From the NCBI GenBank assembly GCA_965238075.1, contig OZ250173.1:3008001-3072000 (forward strand): a stretch of DNA of 64,000 bases, read 5' to 3'. The DNA comes from Candidatus Entotheonellaceae bacterium. Lineage in GTDB: Bacteria > Tectomicrobia > Entotheonellia > Entotheonellales > Entotheonellaceae. The translations under genes were made by a program, and so were the position numbers. How positions within the stretch are numbered: the stretch's first letter is position 1; each line of letters opens with the position of its first letter. Shown here one piece after another: positions 52,478-62,601 of this stretch. Under the pieces are notes generated by a model, which was given only the letters and a program-made list of their open reading frames with translations, did no database searches and had not been told where the DNA came from.

Positions 52478-53665
52478 ATGGACACCCGAAAAGGTATCGC
52501 CGTGCTCGGTTCAACGGGTTCAATCGGCGTCAACACCTTGAGCGTAATCGCTTCTCATCCTGACCAATTTGCCGTGCTGACGCTCGCGGCCCATTCAAAC
52601 GTGGACAAGCTTGAGGTGCAGGTGCGTCGCTTCCGCCCTCGGCTGGCCGTGCTGTTCGACGAGGAAAAAGCCAACTATCTGCGTGACCGTCTGGGGGATA
52701 TGGATGTCGAAGTGGATTCAGGTTTGGACGGACTGTGCCACGCTGCTGTGTATCCCGGTGTTCAATTGGTGATGTCGGCGGTAGTCGGTTCCGTCGGACT
52801 GTGGCCCACTCTGCGCGCTGTCCAGTCCGAGGTTGATGTGGCGCTGGCGAACAAGGAGTCCCTGGTGATGGCGGGGGAGTTGATCATTCGTCCCGACAAG
52901 CGGGCGTGGGGGAGAATTATTCCCGTCGACAGTGAACACAACGCCATCTTTCAGGTTTTGCAAGATCAGCAGCGCTCGGCACTGCGCCGCATCTTGCTGA
53001 CGGCTTCCGGCGGACCGTTTCGCGACTGGTCGCTGGAAGACATGCGGTCCGCCAGCGTCGTCGAAGCACTCAAGCACCCAAACTGGAAAATGGGTCCTAA
53101 AATTACCGTCGACTCTGCCACGATGATGAACAAGGGACTTGAGTTGATTGAGGCGCACCGACTTTTTGACGTGTCTGTCGAGAACCTCCAGATCGTCGTG
53201 CACCCTGAGAGCATTGTTCACTCCATGGTTGAATTTCACGACGGTTCCGTGCTGGCCCAGCTTGGCATTCCAGACATGCGCGTGCCGATTTCCTATGCGT
53301 TGGCTTATCCGCAACGACTGCCGAACACCCTGCCGTCGCTCGATTTGTTTTCTGTGCAGGCCCTGCATTTTTATCCTCCTGATCACGAACGTTTTCCCTG
53401 CCTGCGGCTGGCCATTGAGGCCGCGCGCTGCGGGGGGACGATGCCTGCCGTTCTAAACGCTGCCAACGAAGTCGCCGTACAAGCCTTCCTGGATGGGTCG
53501 ATCAATTTCCTGGCGATTCCGAAGGTGATTGAGACCGCCATGGCCCGACACGTCTCCATCCCTCTTGACGACGTTGAAATCGCGCTGGAGGCGGATCGCT
53601 GGGCGCGCGAATACGCCGCAACGGCGGTGAAAGCGTGTGGGGGTGTATTCAGGGATGTTGTGTGA
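52478..53665 (+). CDS. dxr: 1-deoxy-D-xylulose 5-phosphate reductoisomerase
   Basis: LGSTGSIG, LANKE, PVDSEH, HPNWKMG, NAANE. Confidence 0.97.
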   Translation: MDTRKGIAVLGSTGSIGVNTLSVIASHPDQFAVLTLAAHSNVDKLEVQVRRFRPRLAVLFDEEKANYLRDRLGDMDVEVDSGLDGLCHAAVYPGVQLVMSAVVGSVGLWPTLRAVQSEVDVALANKESLVMAGELIIRPDKRAWGRIIPVDSEHNAIFQVLQDQQRSALRRILLTASGGPFRDWSLEDMRSASVVEALKHPNWKMGPKITVDSATMMNKGLELIEAHRLFDVSVENLQIVVHPESIVHSMVEFHDGSVLAQLGIPDMRVPISYALAYPQRLPNTLPSLDLFSVQALHFYPPDHERFPCLRLAIEAARCGGTMPAVLNAANEVAVQAFLDGSINFLAIPKVIETAMARHVSIPLDDVEIALEADRWAREYAATAVKACGGVFRDVV

Positions 53666-53728
53666 CCTCCCGACACCGGAATGAAGTGCTGGTTTTACCG
53701 CACGGCACTGGGCATCCGAGGGGCAGCC

Positions 53729-54322
53729 ATGTCTGATGAGAAGGTGCGAGCCTTTATTGCCATCAGGCCGGCTGCAGGCTTGTATCAGGCGTGTACCGGT
53801 GTGGCCGCAGCCGGCCGCGGACTACCCATGCGCTGGGTGCGTCCCGAATCTGTCCACCTGACGCTCAAATTTCTAGGGGACGTGCCGGTGGGCGCCATCC
53901 CGGCGATTCATCAAGCGTTGCGACAGGCCGCGGAAGGCTTGGTAACCTTTAGCGTCTCGGCGCGAGGGCTTGGCTGCTTTCCCAATGCAACCCGTCCCCG
54001 GGTCTTATGGATGGGTCTTGACGATCCGCGGCGTGAATTGCTACAACTCCAACGTCGCATCGGATCGACCTTGGCAGCGCTGGGAATCTCGGCGGAGGAG
54101 CGGCCATTCCGACCGCACCTAACCCTGGCCCGTGCTCGCGGAACCCGGGTCGGCGAGGAACTTGACGCGTTGTTGAGCGAGTACAAGAATCACGTTTTTG
54201 GCGATCTCTTCGTTTCCCAAATCCACCTCATGCGGAGCGACCTGTATGAAAAAGGGGCGGTGCATACGCCTCTTCATTCGGTTGCCCTGCAAGGCTCAAG
54301 CACCAGCTGCGCTATCGCGTAA
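53729..54322 (+). CDS. thpR: RNA 2',3'-cyclic phosphodiesterase
   Basis: Two HxT motifs (HLTLKFLG, PHLTLAR), RPRVLW. Confidence 0.9.
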   Translation: MSDEKVRAFIAIRPAAGLYQACTGVAAAGRGLPMRWVRPESVHLTLKFLGDVPVGAIPAIHQALRQAAEGLVTFSVSARGLGCFPNATRPRVLWMGLDDPRRELLQLQRRIGSTLAALGISAEERPFRPHLTLARARGTRVGEELDALLSEYKNHVFGDLFVSQIHLMRSDLYEKGAVHTPLHSVALQGSSTSCAIA

Positions 54323-54346
54323 AGCCATCAGAAAGGGGAGGCAACG

Positions 54347-54781
54347 ATGTTGAAACAGATTCGTGCCACTCGTAAACACGGCTTTACCCTCATCGAACTG
54401 ATGATCGTGGTTGCCATCATCGGCATTTTGGCCGCCATCGCGGTGCCGAATTTCACCGCTTATCGCAATCGCAGTCGTGTCGCTGCCGCCGTGGCTACCG
54501 CCGAAACCGTTCGCGCTGCACTAGCGAGCTATGCTGCCGAACAAGTCAGCAGCCTCTATCCCCTCGGCGAGGATATCGAGGACTATGACGAGGCGGTCGC
54601 TCTACTTAACCCGCACGGCGCGGCCTTGCCTGCCGGCCCTGCCACGGTTTCTATCGACTCTCTGTCCTATGATTCCGAAGACGGTGAAACCTACATCCTC
54701 AACATTGTTGTTAATGTGCCCGACGGTGTCACGGGAAAGCAACTCACCGTCACGCCCGGGAGGATCGAGAGAGGGACGTAA
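54347..54781 (+). CDS. pilA: Type IV major pilin
   Basis: G|FTLIELMIVVAIIGILAAIAVP class III signal. Confidence 0.9.
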   Translation: MLKQIRATRKHGFTLIELMIVVAIIGILAAIAVPNFTAYRNRSRVAAAVATAETVRAALASYAAEQVSSLYPLGEDIEDYDEAVALLNPHGAALPAGPATVSIDSLSYDSEDGETYILNIVVNVPDGVTGKQLTVTPGRIERGT

Positions 54782-54793
54782 CTTCCCGAACCC

Positions 54794-55558
54794 ATGCCCA
54801 GCACTTTTGGCTACGTCGTCGCCTTTGTCTTGGGAAGCATCGCCGCCAGCTTCGCCAACGTGTGCATCCACCGCCTTCCGTTACGGCAATCCATCGTATA
54901 CCCAGCCTCGCGGTGTGCCTCCTGCCTACACACCCTGCGCCCTTGGCACAACCTGCCGATTGTCAGTTTTGTCGCCCTGAGGGGCCGTTGCACTTTCTGC
55001 CAGGATCGCATTTCCTGGCGTTATCTGGTCGTGGAAAGCCTTGGCGGTCTGTTGTATCTGCTGGGATATCACCAACTCGGGCTTTCGGTGCCCGCATTTG
55101 CCTACGCCCTGCTGGCGACGGCGTTGCTGATCGTGTCTTTCATCGACTTCGCTCACATGATCATTCCCGATGCGGTGACGTTGCCGGGCATTGTGGTCGG
55201 CGTCGCCATTGGCTTGCTTCCCTCGTCAATCGGATTTGCCAATGCCGTTGCCGGCGTCTGCCTGGGCGGGGGGATTTTCTTGCTTATCGCCTTGGTATAC
55301 CCCGACGGCATGGGCGGCGGCGACGTGAAACTCATCGCCATGATCGGGGCGTTTGTCGGCTGGCAGGCGGTGCTCACAGCCATCATTCTGAGCGCTTTCT
55401 GTGGGGCGGTTAGTGGGTTGACGCTGATCCTGTTGGGGTTCAAGGAGCGGCGAGACCCCGTGCCATTCGGCCCGTTTCTGGCCATCGGAGGGACCGCGGC
55501 CATGCTGTGGGGTGAGGCATTGTTGGCATGGTACGGCCGCTGGACGTTGTCGTTCTGA
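54794..55558 (+). CDS. pilD: Prepilin peptidase/N-methyltransferase
   Basis: SFANVCIHRLP, two CxxC, GMGGGDVKL, PFGPFL. Confidence 0.95.
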   Translation: MPSTFGYVVAFVLGSIAASFANVCIHRLPLRQSIVYPASRCASCLHTLRPWHNLPIVSFVALRGRCTFCQDRISWRYLVVESLGGLLYLLGYHQLGLSVPAFAYALLATALLIVSFIDFAHMIIPDAVTLPGIVVGVAIGLLPSSIGFANAVAGVCLGGGIFLLIALVYPDGMGGGDVKLIAMIGAFVGWQAVLTAIILSAFCGAVSGLTLILLGFKERRDPVPFGPFLAIGGTAAMLWGEALLAWYGRWTLSF

Positions 55559-55618
55559 TGACGCCAGGGGAGGGGGCTGATCCTCCAGACTATTTCTCCG
55601 AACAGGGAGGCAAACAAG

Positions 55619-55813
55619 ATGGCTGAGTACGTCCATCCGGAAGTACTGGTGAGCACCGAATAGGTTGCCGCTCACCTCAACGACCCATCCGTGCGGATTG
55701 TCGAATCGGATGAGGACATCCTGCTCTACGAAACCGGACACATACCCGGTGCCATAAAGGTAGACTGGCAAAACGAGTTGCAAGACCAGGTGGTGGTGCG
55801 CGACTACGTCAAT
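55619..55813 (+). pseudogene. Truncated sulfurtransferase 5' fragment with TGG>TAG at codon 15
   Basis: Protein nearly identical to the N-terminus of 57727-58575; TAG at 55661-55663; similarity ends after RDYVN. Confidence 0.88.
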
Positions 55814-56002
55814 CAATGGGCGGAGATGTGGTATCATGACCTTAAACCGTTGGGAAGGGTTTTGTGGGTCATGCGGGACAGGTTGCGTGGCTTTCCACGT
55901 GAGACAAAACGCTTTAACTCAATACGTAGATCCAACGGGTTGAGATCATCTATATTATCCATGGCGAGTCGTTACGGCAAAAACTTTCCGGAGGACCGTC
56001 TG

Positions 56003-57553
56003 ATGAAGTACGATCACATTGTGTTAGGAGCGGGATCAGCCGGCGCCATCGTTGCAACGCGCCTCAGTGAGGACCCCCAGCGGTCGGTTTTGCTGCTCGA
56101 AGCTGGGCCCGATTATCCCGACTTTGAACGCTTGCCGGATGAGGTCAAGTTTGGCTTCGCTACCGCCACAGACATCATGGTAAGCGATCACAACTGGCAG
56201 TTTGTTGGCAAGGCGACGGACATGTCAGAGGAGATGTTGGTGCCGCGGGGTAAAGTTACGGGTGGTTCGAGCGCGATCAACGGCCAGGTTTTTCTCCGTG
56301 GCGTTCCTGAGGATTACGACGCCTGGGCGGCCATGGGCAATGACCTGTGGCGTTTTCAGAACCTGTTGCAGTATTTCCGTACCATCGAGACGGACATGGA
56401 TTTCGGCGGGGATGACTTCCATGGCTCTGATGGACCGATCATGGCGCGGCGCTTTCAGCCGGACGAGTGGCTGACAGACCAGAGAGCATTCTACAATGCG
56501 TGCAGAGCCGCAGGATTCCCGGACAGTCCGGACCACAACGATCCCGATGCCACCGGCATCGGCCCGGTGCCTTGCAACAACCCCAATGGGATTCGTTGGA
56601 GCACCGCCCTAGGCTACCTCAATATGGGCCGACATCGGTTGAATCTGACCATCAGGCCCAATTGCACGGTGCACCGCATCATCTTTGATGGCAAGAAGGC
56701 CGTTGCGGTGGAAGTGGAGAGTGGCGGACAGACGTTTGTCGTCGAGGGAGAAGAAATTATTCTCAGCTCCGGTGCCATCGGATCACCTCATATCCTGTTG
56801 CTGTCCGGGGTAGGTCCAGCAGACCAATTGCGCGACTTGGGTATCCCAATAGTGCAACCTCTGCCTGGCGTCGGCCAGAATTTACGCGATCACCCCATCA
56901 TCTACGTCACCTGGCGTACCAAGGCGTCGCACCCCCTGGATGGATTTGCCCCCAGAATCCAGATGGCGCTGCGGTGGACGGCGGAAGGCTCCGACCTGCG
57001 CAACGACCTGATGATCTTTATGCAGTCATTTGCCACCCAGCGGGTCAACCGCGGCGGCGGGCGTATGCTGCCCTTGGGTATTCGGATGCTGGGTGTCCTC
57101 GACTTGGCCATGAGTTCGGGAGAATTGCGCCTCCAATCCGCCGATCCCAGCGTTCAGCCATCCTTGGACTACCGCTATCTCGAGGACGAGTTCGACCGGC
57201 GACGCATGCGCGAAATGGTTCGGCGAGCGGCGAAGCTCGCCGAGCACGAGGCGTTTCAGGACATCATTGCCGAACGCATCGAGCCCACGGATGCTGAACT
57301 CGCGACTGACGAGACCCTGGATGCCTATCTGCTGCGGGAGGTCACCACAGGTCAGCACATCTCCGGGACCTGTAAGATGGGGCCGGCGTCAGACCCCATG
57401 GCCGTGGTGGATCAATATGGTAAGGTGCACGGGCTCGAAAACCTCAGAGTCGTTGACGCCTCCATCATGCCCGACTGTATCCGGGCCAACACCAATGTGA
57501 CCACCATGATGATCGGAGAGCGTATAGCCGACTTCATTCGTCAAGAACCATAA
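56003..57553 (+). CDS. GMC-family flavin oxidoreductase (choline-dehydrogenase/MftG-like)
   Basis: [46 protein letters not shown]. Confidence 0.92.
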   Translation: MKYDHIVLGAGSAGAIVATRLSEDPQRSVLLLEAGPDYPDFERLPDEVKFGFATATDIMVSDHNWQFVGKATDMSEEMLVPRGKVTGGSSAINGQVFLRGVPEDYDAWAAMGNDLWRFQNLLQYFRTIETDMDFGGDDFHGSDGPIMARRFQPDEWLTDQRAFYNACRAAGFPDSPDHNDPDATGIGPVPCNNPNGIRWSTALGYLNMGRHRLNLTIRPNCTVHRIIFDGKKAVAVEVESGGQTFVVEGEEIILSSGAIGSPHILLLSGVGPADQLRDLGIPIVQPLPGVGQNLRDHPIIYVTWRTKASHPLDGFAPRIQMALRWTAEGSDLRNDLMIFMQSFATQRVNRGGGRMLPLGIRMLGVLDLAMSSGELRLQSADPSVQPSLDYRYLEDEFDRRRMREMVRRAAKLAEHEAFQDIIAERIEPTDAELATDETLDAYLLREVTTGQHISGTCKMGPASDPMAVVDQYGKVHGLENLRVVDASIMPDCIRANTNVTTMMIGERIADFIRQEP

Positions 57554-57726
57554 AAAGCGCCAGACTCATAGGCCCATTGCCTGCCGTTGATTGTCCGTTT
57601 CAAGATGGTTTTCGGGTTCTGGCCGTTACGCTGATGCGGTCTTGACGAATGGCTTAGGGTAGGGCAGGTAGCGGAGGATGCGGTTTGGTCCTCCTGACCA
57701 TTTCTTTGAGCGTGGAGGCACCTCTT

Positions 57727-58575
57727 ATGGCCGAGTATGTTCATCCAGAAGTGTTGGTGAGTACCGAATGGGTTGCCGAGCACCGCAATGACCCATCCGT
57801 GCGCATTGTCGAGTCCGATGAGGACATCCTGCTGTATGAAACCGGGCACATCCCGGGCGCCGTGAAAGTGGATTGGCAGAACGAATTGCAGGACCAAGTG
57901 GTGCGCGATTACGTCAATAAAGAGGCATTTGGGAGTCTCATCGGTAGTAAGGGTATCGGCAATAACCACACGATTGTATTTTACGGGGACAGAAACAATT
58001 GGTGGGCCTGTTATGCCCTGTGGGTCTTCAAGATGTACGGTCACGCCGATTGCCGCATTATGAACGGGGGTCGGCAAAAATGGATTGACGAGGGTCGCGA
58101 GTTGAGTACCGAACGGCCGCATTATCCTGCCGTCACTTATGCCGCCACCGGGCCGGACCTCAGCATCCGCGCCTTCCGTCCGGAAGTGGTGGACCACATG
58201 AGCGCCAGCAAAGCCCTGATTGACGTGCGGTCACCAGCGGAGTATAGCGGCGAACTCACCCATATGGCGGATTATCCCCAGGAAGGTGCGCTGCGCGGTG
58301 GCCACATTCCTGGTGCCGCGAATATCCCTTGGGGGCAAGCGGTTGCCGCAGACGGCACGTTCAAAAGTGCGGATGAGCTCAAAGACCTGTATGAGGGCCG
58401 GGCGGGTCTCGCGCCGGATGGCGATGTCATCGCGTATTGCCGTATTGGTGAACGTTCGAGCCATACGTGGTTTGTGCTCACCTATCTGTTAGGCTATCCC
58501 AACATCCGCAACTATGATGGCTCGTGGACGGAATGGGGCAACCTCGTGGGGGCACCGATCGACAAGGACGTCTGA
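57727..58575 (+). CDS. Two-domain thiosulfate sulfurtransferase (SseA/CysA-like rhodanese)
   Basis: GHIPGA twice, YCRIGERSS active site, YDGSWTEW. Confidence 0.95.
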   Translation: MAEYVHPEVLVSTEWVAEHRNDPSVRIVESDEDILLYETGHIPGAVKVDWQNELQDQVVRDYVNKEAFGSLIGSKGIGNNHTIVFYGDRNNWWACYALWVFKMYGHADCRIMNGGRQKWIDEGRELSTERPHYPAVTYAATGPDLSIRAFRPEVVDHMSASKALIDVRSPAEYSGELTHMADYPQEGALRGGHIPGAANIPWGQAVAADGTFKSADELKDLYEGRAGLAPDGDVIAYCRIGERSSHTWFVLTYLLGYPNIRNYDGSWTEWGNLVGAPIDKDV

Positions 58576-58701
58576 AGAGCGGCAGGACCCCGGCGGCGGG
58601 GTGGCTTCACAGCAACCCCGTCGTTTTTATCCTCGTTCACCCCTGGCGCCTTACAGCGTCGGGTCTGACACCCCAAGGGTCAGGCGAACTATAACGTAGA
58701 G

Positions 58702-58727
58702 AAAGCCGCCTCCGGGCGGCTTTTTTT
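58702..58727 (+). terminator. Intrinsic terminator
   Basis: AAAGCCGCC-TCCG-GGCGGCTTTTTTT. Confidence 0.85.
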
Positions 58728-59251
58728 GTTGGGCGGTATTTTGTACGGTCCTCCAGGCAAATCACGCCTGAGCGATTCTGAGGCGTCATCCGGTCATGTC
58801 GAGCGGGAACCCGTGGCAAAGAAAGACCCGAAGGAAAGCCGGCCGCTGATGCTGCGGCGCTCGCAGTGGGAGACGCTGTGCAACTTCGCGCCCAAGCTCG
58901 ACGTGCATCTCGCGCACCTCAAGGGGATAAAGCCGTAGCACACGGTCAACTTCGCATAATCTCCCAATGTGTCAACTTTCGGAAATCCTGAAACCTGCGT
59001 AGATACTGAACTTGCGCGATTTCACGCCGGAGGCCTACGACGCACCTCACCGACAGCCGCAGTTTCCGCGAAATCAACCCGAATCGGTGGGAAGCCGGCC
59101 GCATCAGCAGTTCCATTTGCTGCCCAGGTGGGGGGCCTCAAGTGGCCGCGAGCGGACTTGGCCCAATCGCCGGCGGGTCGCAGTTGTCCGCCCAAGCGAC
59201 ATTGCACAGCCCAAAATGGGCCGTCGCCCCACCACGAGCGGGGCTGCATGC

Positions 59252-59483
59252 TTACTCGGCGCTCTGCGCATCGAGGCGCCCTTCGAGGTGCGACACGCGA
59301 CGGTCGAAGCTCCTCACGATGGCCTCGAGCACATCGTCGAAGCGCTTATTAACGGCATCGAAGCGTGCGTTGGTCTCAGCCTGCAAGCGGTCGATGGCAG
59401 GTATTGACCTGGTTGAACATTACGACCATTGCCACCAGTAACCCCGCAAAGGCAACGATGTTGCTGATTGCCTTCCAGTCCAT
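59252..59483 (-). pseudogene. Frameshifted small TM plus coiled-coil protein
   Basis: AAGGAAGG RBS; MDWKAISNIVAFAGLLVAMVVMFNQVNT, one extra base near 59399, then AIDRLQAETNARFDAVNKRFDD...LEGRLDAQSAE*. Confidence 0.6.
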
Positions 59484-59798
59484 AAAGCCTTCCTTTACCG
59501 CCACTACCGCCACGCCCGAAGCCGCGCGGCGGTTCCAACGCCTCCAGGTTACCGAAATCTATGCGCAGATTGCTTCGAGGCGTTCGGCAAGTGTGGACGT
59601 CTGGAGGAGTCGGGCAGGTTGTCCAGCCAGTCCTGATACTCAGTCTGGAGTTCCCCATCAAGGTCTGCACCGTGTCTCGCCAGCGCTGTGGCCGGCCCCT
59701 TTGGTCACGCGGGCGCCGTTAGTGGATGCGCCGCTGTCTCTTTGCGTTATTCCCTGCCCTGCCGCCATTATTCCCCGTTACGTTGTACCATCCAGCAC

Positions 59799-60584
59799 TT
59801 AGCTTCCACACCTCTTTGCAGCCGTCCCGTCGAGAAAAGGGCGGAGCCAGCCTAGTCCCGCTACGGTGTCGCCGCGCGGCCGGTATTCGCAGCCGACCCA
59901 GCCCGTGTATCCAAGGTCGTCGATCAGATCGAACAGATACGGGTAGTTGATCTCACCGACGTCGGGTTCGTGACGGCCGGGATGGCCGGCAATCTGGAAG
60001 TGGTCGATCACCTCAAGGTGAGTCTTGATGGTTTCGGACAGGTTGCCCGTCATGATCTGGCAGTGATAGAGGTCGAGTTGCAGGAACAGGTTGTCGTGAC
60101 CCACTTGGTCCATGATGCGGCGCGCTTGCGCTGCGGTGTGCAGAAAATATCCGGGCATGCCGGTGGTGTTGATCGGCTCGATCAGCAGGTGAACGCCGTG
60201 GGGCTGCAGGGTTCCCGCCGCCCGTCTCAGGTTTCGCACGTAGACGGCCTCGCAGTCCGAGCGGTCTATCTCTGCGGGCGGCGCCCCGGCCATGGCATGC
60301 AGGCGCGGGCAGTTCAAAGCGCGGGCGTAGGTCAAAGCCCGCTCCAGACCCGCGGCGAATGCCTCCTCCTGCCCGGGGATGGCTGCCATGCCGTCAGGCG
60401 GCAGGTTGCAGAGGACCTGCTGGACACTGTTGCGCGGCAAAAGCTGCGCCAGCTCAGCGGGCGGAACCTCGTAGGGAAACGGACATTCGATGCCGTGAAA
60501 GCCGGCCTGCGCCGCGGCGGCGTAGCGGTCCACAAACGGCACTTCGTTGAACATGAAACCGATGTTGGCGGAAAAACGCGGCAT
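59799..60584 (-). CDS. Hydroxypyruvate isomerase family (Hyi/OtnI)
   Basis: MPRFSANI, IEPIN, DLYHCQ, PGRHEPDVGEINY, GCEYRP. Confidence 0.92.
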   Translation of the reverse strand: MPRFSANIGFMFNEVPFVDRYAAAAQAGFHGIECPFPYEVPPAELAQLLPRNSVQQVLCNLPPDGMAAIPGQEEAFAAGLERALTYARALNCPRLHAMAGAPPAEIDRSDCEAVYVRNLRRAAGTLQPHGVHLLIEPINTTGMPGYFLHTAAQARRIMDQVGHDNLFLQLDLYHCQIMTGNLSETIKTHLEVIDHFQIAGHPGRHEPDVGEINYPYLFDLIDDLGYTGWVGCEYRPRGDTVAGLGWLRPFLDGTAAKRCGS

Positions 60585-60608
60585 CCTGACGGCCTCCCTA
60601 AACCCCCG

Positions 60609-61490
60609 TCAATTGGGGCGGCGGTGGTTTTGTACGTAGCGATACATCCCGGCGATGTTCATCGGGAACCAGTTGAGGCGCGGGTTGTCCGAGTGGTACC
60701 CGAACCACTTTTCGTACTTGGGCAGCCGGATCGTCTGCTGCATTTCTTCCAGCGACAGGCCCGCCCTGGCATGCTTCAGCACCTCCCGATGCAGGTCCTG
60801 CATGTATTCCCGAAACTGCCGCACGTGGTCTCGTGTTCCCACCCGGCCATGCCCCGGCACCAGGATGTCGAAGTCCATGCGCTCGACGCGCTCCAGAGAG
60901 TCGATCCATTCCTCGATGTAGGCGTCGTGGAAATCGCGGTACGCCAGCGCTCCAACCGGGATGAAGTCGACGGCGAAAAGGATTCGCTCCTTCGGAAACC
61001 GCATGACGATTGAATTGTCCGAGTGGTTCCGGCCCATGTAGGAGAGTTCCACTGTCGTGCCGCCCAATTCGATGCTCATGCGGTCGGTGAAGGTGAGGTG
61101 CGGCGTGGCCGTGCGGCGTTGCTCGCCCACGATTTTGGCCCTGGCCCGTTCGTGCGCCACCACGATGGCCGTATCGGCGAAGACTTCGCCGCCGGAAATA
61201 TGATCGGGATGTTCGTGACTGTAGATGAGGTACTTGACGGGCTGATTGAATCGCCGCTGCAGAGCCTCCTTCAACCACGCGGCCGCTTCGGCATTGATGG
61301 GATCCGTGGCGATAATCCCCTCGGGGGTCACCGAGAAGACCGAATAGTGGGCGTTATTGCGAAAGCGGTACACCTCACCGGCGATGCGTTCGATGTCGCG
61401 CTCCGCATCTTGGGCGAAGGCCCAAACGGCGTTAAAGGCCAGAAACAGGGCGATCAGAAGGCTGGTGAACGTCAGTCGGGTCATTTTCAT
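60609..61490 (-). CDS. Secreted metallo-beta-lactamase-fold hydrolase
   Basis: Signal peptide, SHEHPDH, NHS, VDF, PGHG. Confidence 0.9.
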   Translation of the reverse strand: MKMTRLTFTSLLIALFLAFNAVWAFAQDAERDIERIAGEVYRFRNNAHYSVFSVTPEGIIATDPINAEAAAWLKEALQRRFNQPVKYLIYSHEHPDHISGGEVFADTAIVVAHERARAKIVGEQRRTATPHLTFTDRMSIELGGTTVELSYMGRNHSDNSIVMRFPKERILFAVDFIPVGALAYRDFHDAYIEEWIDSLERVERMDFDILVPGHGRVGTRDHVRQFREYMQDLHREVLKHARAGLSLEEMQQTIRLPKYEKWFGYHSDNPRLNWFPMNIAGMYRYVQNHRRPN

Positions 61491-61511
61491 GCGGCGGGCT
61501 CCTTTCTATGG

Positions 61512-62378
61512 TTACCCATTCATGGCTTCACGAAACTGCCTGATGGCGGCGATGTGGGCGTCCGGCGTAGACAGGCCGGCTCGCATGGTGTTCAGGGAGA
61601 GGTGCGTCGCACCAAGACCGCGCCAGGCTTCAGCCAGCCGGCCCCAGGCGTCCGGGCCGCTTTCGGCAAGGCTGATGCGCCCCTCGATGCCGATCGCCGA
61701 AGGGTCGCGCCCGGCGGCGCGGGCATAGCCGTGCATGCGTTCGATGGTCGCGCGCCCGGCATCGTCCGGCGCAAACTGCGGAAACCAGCCGTCCGCCAGC
61801 CGTCCGACCCGCTCGACCAAGGCCTCTACACGCCCGCCCAGCCACAGGGGAATAGGCCGCTGCACGGGCAGGGGATTAATGCCGGCGTGCGTGACGTTGT
61901 GCCAGCGGCCGTGGAAGTCGACGACCTCCTGCGTCCACAGAGCGCGCAGCACCGCGATTTGTTCCTCACTGCGCTTGCCGCGGTCGTGAAAATTCTCGTT
62001 CAAGGCCTCGTATTCCACGGCATTCCAGCCGATGCCCACACCCAAACGCAACCGCCCGCCACTGAGCACGTCCACGGCCGCCGCCTGTTTGGCGACCAGC
62101 GCCGTCTGCCGCTGCCCCAGAATGATGACCGCCGTCACCAACTCCAGCTTCTGGGTCAAGGCAGCAAGGTAGCCGTAAAGCACGAAGGGCTCGTGAAACA
62201 TGTCGCCCCGCGCGTAGGCGCCTCCCCAATTTTTGTAATGCGTGGTGTCGGCGCCCAGCACATGGTCGAAGACGATCAAGTGGGCGTAGCCTAATTCTTC
62301 AGCGGCCTGGGCGAAATCGCGCACCCCTGTCGGGTCGGCGCCGATCTCGGTCTGAGGGAAAATGACACCGAGCTGCAT
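61512..62378 (-). CDS. LLM-class (probably F420-dependent) oxidoreductase
   Basis: FPQTEIG, DHVLGA, FHEP, GWNAVEY; AGGAGG RBS. Confidence 0.9.
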   Translation of the reverse strand: MQLGVIFPQTEIGADPTGVRDFAQAAEELGYAHLIVFDHVLGADTTHYKNWGGAYARGDMFHEPFVLYGYLAALTQKLELVTAVIILGQRQTALVAKQAAAVDVLSGGRLRLGVGIGWNAVEYEALNENFHDRGKRSEEQIAVLRALWTQEVVDFHGRWHNVTHAGINPLPVQRPIPLWLGGRVEALVERVGRLADGWFPQFAPDDAGRATIERMHGYARAAGRDPSAIGIEGRISLAESGPDAWGRLAEAWRGLGATHLSLNTMRAGLSTPDAHIAAIRQFREAMNG

Positions 62379-62504
62379 CGCTCTCCTCCTGAAAACGGGT
62401 TGCCAAATAATGACGGAATCGTAGGGGTTGGTTGGCGACGCCATTCTGCCACAATGGGCTTGATGGTGCTACACGGTTGCACCCGTCACGGTGCCCCGCG
62501 GCAG

Positions 62505-62534
62505 TTGACAACCCCTGCGGCGCGCAACTAAAAT
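62505..62534 (+). promoter_or_regulatory. sigma70 promoter of cysS
   Basis: TTGACA-18nt-TAAAAT. Confidence 0.7.
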
Positions 62535-62601
62535 CGCTGAATTGTCAAAGACACTCCTTACTTGTTTCGATTCTCCTCTGTTCAGAAAGTTCAGCCAATA
62601 C

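Noticed and set aside
54347-54781. Electrically conductive (e-pilin) candidate
   Set aside because: Only 8 Phe/Tyr in 132 mature residues, with long aromatic-free gaps.
55619-57553. Rhodanese-GMC fusion (track ORF 55691..57553) or TAG readthrough by pyrrolysine
   Set aside because: The TAG replaces a Trp (TGG) of the intact paralog, the rhodanese piece is incomplete, the linker looks non-coding, the GMC gene has its own GGAGG RBS and ATG at 56003, and no pyl genes are in the window.
58726-58938. Short ORF ending ...AKKDPKESRPLMLRRSQWETLCNFAPKLDVHLAHLKGIKP
   Set aside because: Codon usage looks gene-like, but it is short with no recognisable family; possibly a remnant.
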